Assembly: GCA_963842815.1 (NCBI GenBank)
Contig: CAWJHU010000001.1
Location: 179,020 to 243,019, forward strand
Source of the DNA: Candidatus Nomurabacteria bacterium
GTDB taxonomy: Bacteria > Patescibacteriota > Minisyncoccia > Phycocordibacterales > UBA9973
Direction: 5' to 3'
Length of the DNA stretch: 64,000 nucleotides
Part shown: piece by piece, positions 57,408 to 64,000 of the stretch
How positions within the stretch are numbered: the stretch's first letter is position 1
Layout: every line of letters begins with the position of its first letter
Position numbers and translations under genes: made by a program
Notes under the pieces: generated by a model
What the model saw: only the letters and a program-made list of their open reading frames with translations
What the model was told of the DNA's origin: nothing
The model's database searches: none

Positions 57408-59153
57408 ATGCAGAGATATGATGAACTGTTGCGGACAATTTTAGGGAAAAGAGGTATAAAAACTCCGGAGGAAGCGGAGATTTTTTTGAATCCGGATTTT
57501 GAAAGGGATTTGCACGACCCATTCAAGATGAAAGATATGGAAAAAGCTTGCGTGAAGCTTTTTGAGGCCATAGACAGCAAAGAAAAAATCGTTATTTATG
57601 CGGATTACGATTGCGACGGCATTCCCGGGGCGGTTATTTTGGAAGATTTATTCAAAAAAATCGGTTTTACGAATTATGAAATTTATATTCCCGGAAGAAA
57701 TTCCGAAGGCTACGGGCTTAATCCTTCTGCCATAAAACAATTTGCAAAAGATAAGGTAAAACTTTTAATAACTGTTGACCTGGGGATTACGGCAGTGGCT
57801 GAAGTGGCCCAAGCGGAAGTTGAGGGAATTGAAGTGATTATTACCGACCATCACCTGCCGAAACAGAAAGTTCAGGGTGTAAAAAATTCTCCCGCCTTCG
57901 CCCTCGGAGACAAAAAGACAGGGGACCCACGGCTCCTTAATTTTTTACACCCCGAACTTTCTTTACCGAAAGCTTATGCAATATTAAATCCGAAGGTGGA
58001 TAATTATCCTGAAAAAATGTTATGTGGAGCAGGAGTAGTTTTTAAATTTGTGCAAGGATTTGTAAAAAAATACGGCGAATTTTATAAAATAAATATCGGT
58101 TGGGAAAAATGGCTTATGGATATGGCGGGGTTGGCCACTCTTTCCGACCTGGTTCCTCTTTTGGGAGAGAACAGAGCCATCGCTTATTTTGGGATGAAAG
58201 TTTTAAGAAAATCTTCCCGTCCCGGCCTGCAAAAACTTCTAGCCAAAATGAATATTGACCAAAAATATCTGACCGAAGATGATATCGGTTTTATGGTGGT
58301 GCCCAGACTGAATGCCGCTTCCCGGATGGATGACCCCATGAAGGCCTATGAACTTCTTTCCACAAGCGATGAGGTGAAAGCGGGAGTAATTGCCGGCCAC
58401 TTATCAAAAATAAATGATGATAGAAAAATAATGGTTGCCGGCATTATGCGGGAAGTGAATAAAAAATTTGAAAAACGCAAAATGGGAGAAGTTATCGTGA
58501 TAGGCAATCCGCAGTGGCGGGTGGGGGTTCTCGGGCTGGTGGCCGCCAAAATATCGGAAGAACACAAAAAACCCGTTTTCGTTTGGGGAAAAGATGAAAA
58601 TGACCTTATCAAGGGTTCCTGTCGTTCCGATGGATCGGTGTCCGTTGTGGAACTTATGACCGAAACAAGTGAATTTTTTGCGGAATTCGGCGGACACGAA
58701 TTTGCCGGCGGTTTTACGGTGCACAACGACAAAATTCATTTTTTAGAAGAAGCCCTTTCTCTTTCTTATAATAAAGTGAAGCGCGATAAAACGGAAAGTG
58801 AAATAGTTTATGATATTAAATCCGATTTAGGCGTAGTAAATATGAAAAATTGGAAAGAAATGGAAAAACTTGCCCCCTTCGGTCTGGCTAATCCCAAGCC
58901 AATTTTTCTTTTTGAAGGAGCAAAAATAGAAAATATTAAAAAATTCGGGAAAAACGGTTCCGGAGAACATTTGGAAATTACTTTTTCCGATGCAAGCAAA
59001 AATAAAGTTAAGGCAATTTCTTTTTTCTCAAATAATGAATCTTTTAAAGTTCCTTTATCGGAAAATTTAAAAGTAAATCTTTTGGCCACCTTTGATTTGT
59101 CTAGGTTTAGGGGCAAAGTTGAGTTAAGATTAAGAGTGGAAGACATTTATTAA
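57408..59153 (+). CDS. recJ: Single-stranded-DNA-specific exonuclease RecJ
   Basis: DHH motifs (IYADYDCDG, ITDHH) and a DHHA1 region (GGHEFAGG). Confidence 0.85.
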   Translation: MQRYDELLRTILGKRGIKTPEEAEIFLNPDFERDLHDPFKMKDMEKACVKLFEAIDSKEKIVIYADYDCDGIPGAVILEDLFKKIGFTNYEIYIPGRNSEGYGLNPSAIKQFAKDKVKLLITVDLGITAVAEVAQAEVEGIEVIITDHHLPKQKVQGVKNSPAFALGDKKTGDPRLLNFLHPELSLPKAYAILNPKVDNYPEKMLCGAGVVFKFVQGFVKKYGEFYKINIGWEKWLMDMAGLATLSDLVPLLGENRAIAYFGMKVLRKSSRPGLQKLLAKMNIDQKYLTEDDIGFMVVPRLNAASRMDDPMKAYELLSTSDEVKAGVIAGHLSKINDDRKIMVAGIMREVNKKFEKRKMGEVIVIGNPQWRVGVLGLVAAKISEEHKKPVFVWGKDENDLIKGSCRSDGSVSVVELMTETSEFFAEFGGHEFAGGFTVHNDKIHFLEEALSLSYNKVKRDKTESEIVYDIKSDLGVVNMKNWKEMEKLAPFGLANPKPIFLFEGAKIENIKKFGKNGSGEHLEITFSDASKNKVKAISFFSNNESFKVPLSENLKVNLLATFDLSRFRGKVELRLRVEDIY

Positions 59154-59161
59154 TAAAGATT

Positions 59162-59632
59162 ATGGAAAAAGCAAGAACAATAATTTATACGGATGGAGCG
59201 GCAAGAGGGAATCCCGGCAAGGCAGGTTGGGGCGCTATTTTAATTGACGGAAAAAAAGTTTTTGAAATTGGCGGAGCATCAAAGCATGCGACAAATAATC
59301 AAATGGAGCTTACCGGGCCCATTGAGGCGCTGAAACATATTAAAAAAACGGAAAAAAATGTCTCCATAGAAATTTTTTCCGATTCAAAATACGTTATTTT
59401 GGGAATTACCGAATGGATTTTCAATTGGCAGAAAAATAATTGGAGAAATGCTGCCAAAAAGACGGTTTTAAATAAGGAACTTTGGGAAGAACTTTATGAA
59501 CTTTCAAAATTATTTAAAATCAAATGGATTTATGTGGAAGGGCATAGTGGCCATAAATGGAACGAAAGAGCGGATGAAATAGCCACCAATTTTGCGGATG
59601 GCGTTGCGATGAAACTTAAAAAAGAAAAATAA
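59162..59632 (+). CDS. rnhA: Ribonuclease HI
   Basis: IYTDGAARGNPGKAGWGAIL ... MELTGPIEAL ... SDSKYV ... GHSGHKWNERADEIA. Confidence 0.85.
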   Translation: MEKARTIIYTDGAARGNPGKAGWGAILIDGKKVFEIGGASKHATNNQMELTGPIEALKHIKKTEKNVSIEIFSDSKYVILGITEWIFNWQKNNWRNAAKKTVLNKELWEELYELSKLFKIKWIYVEGHSGHKWNERADEIATNFADGVAMKLKKEK

Positions 59633-59639
59633 TTTTTAA

Positions 59640-61115
59640 ATGCAAGAGAAAATCTTTTATGCATCTTGTTTTGGTTTTGTTCTAGGAGTGCTATTGCGCT
59701 CTTTTGTTTTTATAAATGCATATTTTGCCATTCTGCTGGGATTTATCTCTTTAACTTTGTTCTTATTTTTTATTTTTATTTCAAAAAACAAGTGGGGTGT
59801 TATTGTTTCTATTTTTATTTTCACATTTTCCTTCGGCATTTTCAGATTTCAAATGGTGGATGTTCCTGCGCCGATTATTTTTGAATCCAATGTGAACCAA
59901 AAGGTTTCTTTCTCTGGAGAAATCGTAGATGAACCAAGTATTGGAGAAAATAATCAAAAATTTACCGTGGAAATACAAAATGGCAAAGATAAAACAAAAA
60001 TTTTAACGACCGCAGATATTAATATTGATTTAAAATATGGCGACCGGATAAATTTAATAGGAACTTTGGGAAAACCGGACAATTTTATGACCGACCAGGG
60101 CATTGAATTTGACTATGTGAATTATTTGCGCAAAGACGGAGTGTTTTACGTGATGCGTTATCCGAAAATTGAAATTGTATCTCGGGGGAATGGAAATTTT
60201 ATAAAAAATGCGCTGTTTTATGCCAAAGAAATATTTTTAGCCAAAATGAATTTGGCTATCAGAGAACCCGAATCATTGCTCATGGGCGGGCTTATTCTGG
60301 GGGAAAAAGCTTCCTTTGACCATTCTTTAGCCCAGAGTTTTATAAATACGGGCACCATACACATCGTGGCGCTTTCCGGCTACAACGTAACCATTGTGGC
60401 CGAATGGATTATGAAACTACTTTCCTCTTTCCCAAAAAATATCGGCATCGGGGCTGGAATAATTTCTATTCTGCTTTTTGTCCTGATGACCGGCGGGTCT
60501 TCCACGGCGATCCGGGCAGGCATAATGGCGACTTTGGCTTTATCGGCCCGTCTTATCGGCAGAAATTATGACGTAGCGCGGGCGCTGATTCTGGCCGGGG
60601 TTGCGATGATTTTAATAAATCCATTTGTTCTGGCTTTTGATGTTTCTTTCCAGCTTTCTTTTATTGCCACAGTAGCTGTAATATTTTTTTCACCCAAAAT
60701 TGAAAAGTATTTTTTATGGATTACGCCCCGTTTGGGTTTGCGAGATATCGTATGTGTGACTTGTGCTGCTTATATTTTTGTCATGCCCTTTATTCTTTAT
60801 AAAATGGGGAATCTATCCTTGGTCGCGTTGCCGACCAATGTTTTAATTTTACCCATTATTCCGCTCACTATGATTTTCGGTTTTTTAACCGGATTCGCGG
60901 GACTTGTTTGGTATATGTTTTCTGTTCCGTTTGGTTTTATTTCATATTTAATGCTTCATTATGAATTGGCTGTCATAAATTTTTTCTCCAACGTTCCATT
61001 TGCCTCGTTGTCTATTCCAAATTTTCCATTTTTTCTGGTGTTGTTAATTTATATCTATTTTATTTACAAACTTTTTGGCAGAAGTATAAAAAGTTTTTTT
61101 ATTGCGCCTCAATAA
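59640..61115 (+). CDS. comEC: ComEC/Rec2 DNA-uptake channel, N-terminal (DUF4131) + competence domain part only
   Basis: Multi-TM. The competence-domain segment is LLMGGLILGEKASFDHSLAQSFINTGTIHIVALSGYNVTIVA. No MBL domain in this ORF. Confidence 0.75.
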   Translation: MQEKIFYASCFGFVLGVLLRSFVFINAYFAILLGFISLTLFLFFIFISKNKWGVIVSIFIFTFSFGIFRFQMVDVPAPIIFESNVNQKVSFSGEIVDEPSIGENNQKFTVEIQNGKDKTKILTTADINIDLKYGDRINLIGTLGKPDNFMTDQGIEFDYVNYLRKDGVFYVMRYPKIEIVSRGNGNFIKNALFYAKEIFLAKMNLAIREPESLLMGGLILGEKASFDHSLAQSFINTGTIHIVALSGYNVTIVAEWIMKLLSSFPKNIGIGAGIISILLFVLMTGGSSTAIRAGIMATLALSARLIGRNYDVARALILAGVAMILINPFVLAFDVSFQLSFIATVAVIFFSPKIEKYFLWITPRLGLRDIVCVTCAAYIFVMPFILYKMGNLSLVALPTNVLILPIIPLTMIFGFLTGFAGLVWYMFSVPFGFISYLMLHYELAVINFFSNVPFASLSIPNFPFFLVLLIYIYFIYKLFGRSIKSFFIAPQ

Positions 61116-61692
61116 AATTTTTCTCAATATTTTCCCAATTTATATTCTCAAAAAAAGCATCTATATATTTTTTCTTTTCTGAGGTTGGGTAGTCATAAAT
61201 ATAAGCATGTTCCCACATATCAATACCTAGAATCCAACTGAGCCCATTTAATTGCCCCATGTGCTGTTCATCTATCCAGGCAGGAATAATTTGTTTTGTT
61301 TCTTTGTCCCAATACAACACTGCCCAACCAATACCGCGGGTCATCGCTAAATTTTTGAACATGGGCAGCCATTTTTCAAAATCAGGCACATATTTTTCTA
61401 TGGCTTTTTTAAATTGAGAATTTACCGGCAGCGGTTTTGCTCCTCCTTCCAAAAATTTGAAGTAATATTCATGATTTCTCATGCCGTTGAACTCAAAACC
61501 CAATCTTCTTTGCAATTCGCCTATAACATAAGCATTTTTTTCAGGGTCGGCCATATATTCTGCCATTTTTTCAAAGATAAGATTGGAATGTTTTACGTAG
61601 CCAGCATAAAGTTTCAAATGTTCCTCCACATTCTTTTCCGAGATACCTTTCAGCTTGGGAATATTAAAAGTTTTTTGTTTAAACATATCCAT
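61099..61692 (-). CDS. sodA: Fe/Mn superoxide dismutase
   Basis: LPYAYDALEP-type N-terminus analogue (FNIPKLKGISE...HLKLYAGYV) and C-terminal GIDMWEHAYIYDY. Confidence 0.8.
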   Translation of the reverse strand: MDMFKQKTFNIPKLKGISEKNVEEHLKLYAGYVKHSNLIFEKMAEYMADPEKNAYVIGELQRRLGFEFNGMRNHEYYFKFLEGGAKPLPVNSQFKKAIEKYVPDFEKWLPMFKNLAMTRGIGWAVLYWDKETKQIIPAWIDEQHMGQLNGLSWILGIDMWEHAYIYDYPTSEKKKYIDAFFENINWENIEKNFIEAQ

Positions 61693-61765
61693 AATAACTT
61701 TTATTGTATTACTTATCGGATGAAAATGCTATGAAGTAGCGTATTTCACGTGCTAGTATTACTAA

Positions 61766-62635
61766 ATGTTTGAAAATTGTAAAAAATATTGGTTGACTCT
61801 CTTTGCTTTTTTGCTTTTGGTAGGAAATATTTTTATTTTTTATCTTGATTGGCAAAATTCTCACAGGGTTCTTACTTTTGCCATGCTGGATGTGGGGCAA
61901 GGGGATGGGCTTTTTATTGAATCTCCGACCGGGACGCAAATATTAGTTGACGGCGGTCCTCCCAAAAAAATTTTAAGCCAGCTTGCCCGAGTAATGTCTC
62001 CTTTTGACAGGGAAATAGACGCGCTCATTATCAGCAATCCGGATGCGGACCATATCGGCGGATTTTTGGATGTTTTAAAAATTTATAAAGTGGGTGAAGT
62101 GTTTGAGGCCGGAGCCTTGACCGATTCCAAGACATATCAAAACCTGAGAGATGAAATGAAAAAAGAAAATATTCCCGATTTTCTGGCAAAAAGAGGAATG
62201 AGATTGGACCTAGGCGGGGGAGTAATGCTTGATATTTTATTTCCGGACCGGGATGTTTCTTCCTGGGCGACCAACGACGGTTCCGTGGTGGCAAAACTTT
62301 CCTATGGCAATACTTCCGTGATGTTGACAGGCGACGCCACTTTCAAAACAGAAAAAATAATTCTTGGAGAAAATTCAGCGGCACAACTTCACAGCACAAT
62401 TTTAAAAGTAGGGCACCATGGTTCCCGCACTTCTTCTTCGCCGGAATTTGTGAAAGCTGTTTCTCCGACCTATGCTCTTATCTCGGATGGCAAGGATAAT
62501 AAATACGGCCATCCGCACCAAGAAACGCTGGATACTCTGGCTTTATTCGGTGCAAAAATTTTCAGGACTGATTTGCTGGGCACTATTGTTATGAAATCCG
62601 ATGGCGTAAATCCCTTGTTTTATTTCCAAAAGTAA
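61766..62635 (+). CDS. ComEC C-terminal metallo-beta-lactamase-fold domain encoded as a separate membrane-anchored protein
   Basis: N-terminal TM, then AMLDVGQGDGLFIESPTGTQILVDGG ... ISNPDADHIGG ... LKVGHHGSRTSSS ... GHPH. Confidence 0.7.
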   Translation: MFENCKKYWLTLFAFLLLVGNIFIFYLDWQNSHRVLTFAMLDVGQGDGLFIESPTGTQILVDGGPPKKILSQLARVMSPFDREIDALIISNPDADHIGGFLDVLKIYKVGEVFEAGALTDSKTYQNLRDEMKKENIPDFLAKRGMRLDLGGGVMLDILFPDRDVSSWATNDGSVVAKLSYGNTSVMLTGDATFKTEKIILGENSAAQLHSTILKVGHHGSRTSSSPEFVKAVSPTYALISDGKDNKYGHPHQETLDTLALFGAKIFRTDLLGTIVMKSDGVNPLFYFQK

Positions 62636-62653
62636 TAGTGCTACAATAAAACT

Positions 62654-63841
62654 ATGAAAGACAAACAAATAGAAAAGTTAATAAAAGCCGAAGAAAAAAG
62701 ACAAAAAAAAGTCATTAATCTGATACCCTCGGAAAATTATGTTTCCAAAGATGTTTTAACTGCCCTAGGCTCAATTTTTGATAATAAATATGCCGAAGGA
62801 TACCCTTTTGCCCGATATTACGGGGGGCAAGTGAATGTGGATAAACTGGAAACTCTCTGCCAGGAACGCGCCCTGAAACTTTTTAAATTAAAACCCGACC
62901 TATGGCATGTGAATGTGCAGCCGCTTTCCGGTTCGCCCGCAAATTTATCCGTATATCTAGCGCTTGCCCCCCGAGGGGGCAAGATTATGGGTTTACCTCT
63001 TTCTTCCGGAGGACATCTTACTCACGGACAAAAAGTTTCCATCACAGGAAAAGTTTGGGAACAGTTACCCATCGTTCTAAATTTAAAAACCGAGTTGATT
63101 GATTACGTAAAAATGAAAGAAGATGCAATGCGGGAAAAACCTTCTGTTATTGTCGTTGGTTTTACCGCTTACCCTCGCGTTGTTGATTTTAAAAAATGTC
63201 GCGAAGTGGCTGACGCCTGCGGCGCTTTTCTGATGGTAGATATGTCGCATTTTGCCGGATTGGTTGCGGGAGGAGTTTATCCGACGCCCTTTGAATATGC
63301 CGATGTTGTTACCACCACCACACACAAAACTTTAAGAGGCCCCCGCAGTGCCATGATTTTTTGCAGAAAAGATAAAAAAGTAGGAGATAAAAATATTTCT
63401 AGCCTGATTGATAAGGCGATTTTTCCGGGATTACAGGGCGGTCCGCATTTGGGGCAGATTGCCGGGGTGGCAGTGATGCTGAAAGAAGATGCTACTCCAG
63501 CTTTTAAAAAATACGCCAAGCAAATTATAAAAAATGCCAAAGTTTTTGCCGATGAATTGCAAAAACTTGGCTGGCGCATTGTTTCCGGTGGTACAGATTC
63601 CCATTTAATTTTAATGGATACCTGGATGGATGGAAAGGGCATTTCGGGCAAAGAAGCGGAAGCGAAACTTGAAAAAGCGGGTATTATTTGCAACAAAAAC
63701 ACCATTCCGGGAGAAACTCGTTCTCCATTTGACCCCAGTGGCATACGTATGGGCACTCCGGCCGAAACGACTCGGGGCAGAAAAGAAAAAGATTTCATCA
63801 AAATTGCCAGACAAATGGATAAAGTTTTGAGAGGAAAATAA
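62654..63841 (+). CDS. glyA: Serine hydroxymethyltransferase
   Basis: INLIPSENYVS ... SGGHLTHG ... TTTTHKTLRGPR. Confidence 0.9.
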   Translation: MKDKQIEKLIKAEEKRQKKVINLIPSENYVSKDVLTALGSIFDNKYAEGYPFARYYGGQVNVDKLETLCQERALKLFKLKPDLWHVNVQPLSGSPANLSVYLALAPRGGKIMGLPLSSGGHLTHGQKVSITGKVWEQLPIVLNLKTELIDYVKMKEDAMREKPSVIVVGFTAYPRVVDFKKCREVADACGAFLMVDMSHFAGLVAGGVYPTPFEYADVVTTTTHKTLRGPRSAMIFCRKDKKVGDKNISSLIDKAIFPGLQGGPHLGQIAGVAVMLKEDATPAFKKYAKQIIKNAKVFADELQKLGWRIVSGGTDSHLILMDTWMDGKGISGKEAEAKLEKAGIICNKNTIPGETRSPFDPSGIRMGTPAETTRGRKEKDFIKIARQMDKVLRGK

Positions 63842-63845
63842 TTTA

Positions 63846-64000
63846 TGGCAAGAAAAGGCAAACTCATAGTCATTGACGGCACAGATGGAAGCGGGAAGGC
63901 GACCCAGGTTGCACTTTTGGCGAAGAGATTAAAAAATGAAGGTAAAACAATAAAAATAGTTGATTTTCCGGAATATTATAAAAATTTTTTCGGTGCATTT
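63846..64000 (+). CDS. tmk: Thymidylate kinase (5' part; continues past window end)
   Basis: MARKGKLIVIDGTDGSGKATQ P-loop. Confidence 0.8.

Noticed and set aside
1-64000. CRISPR arrays, rRNA genes, IS transposases, integrases
   Set aside because: I saw no regularly spaced short direct repeats, no rRNA-like conserved segments and no transposase-like ORFs. The only recombinase is a XerD-type housekeeping enzyme.

Overview
The window is 64 kb of low-GC bacterial DNA with canonical sigma70 promoters (TTGACA-17-TATAAT), AGGAGG Shine-Dalgarno sites, a type IV pilus/competence apparatus and many small proteins. This is consistent with an uncultivated, possibly CPR/Patescibacteria-like lineage; that is inferred from the sequence only, with no database search.

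The core backbone is ordinary housekeeping: ksgA, uvrD/pcrA, a LysM-M23 peptidase, a ZIP transporter, five tRNAs, yraN, cca, murI, xth, xerD, rpsO, pnp, dksA-like, comM, lexA with an SOS box, an MFS transporter, hup, rny, clpP, tig, hppA, ybaK, tyrS, a CYTH protein, nusA, tpiA, pgk, a HIT protein, recJ, rnhA, comEC (split), sodA, glyA and tmk.

The accessory or unusual content is as follows:
1. A three-fold cassette array at 40.1-45.0 kb. A near-identical sigma70 promoter plus ~95-nt leader is reused in front of three mosaic paralogs encoding secreted proteins that end in a T9SS/Por-type C-terminal domain. These are interleaved with NYN and PemK/MazF RNase-fold genes, and a 3' cassette remnant is also present.
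2. A 42-bp palindromic mini-element inserted in-frame into both ksgA and uvrD, recalling Rickettsia palindromic elements.
3. A ~110-nt long-hairpin intergenic repeat family sharing the GC-rich 17-mer GAGCGCGACGGCGCGAG (three copies).
4. A PP-loop ATPase + Nudix operon convergent with a small RelA/SpoT-domain nucleotidyltransferase, next to a GIY-YIG gene bounded by short inverted repeats.
5. A type IV pilus locus (pilB, pilC, three prepilin-like genes) flanked by two large secreted proteins built from repeated 4-Cys ~50-aa modules. Similar Cys-repeat/Fn3 surface proteins lie in a 5-gene envelope operon at the window start.
6. A candidate structured leader (possibly a c-di-AMP/ydaO-type riboswitch) upstream of the LysM-M23 peptidase.
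7. Frameshifts in ksgA, uvrD, cca, pnp and a membrane-protein gene that each map to 1-nt indels in homopolymer runs. These look like sequencing/assembly artefacts rather than real pseudogenes.
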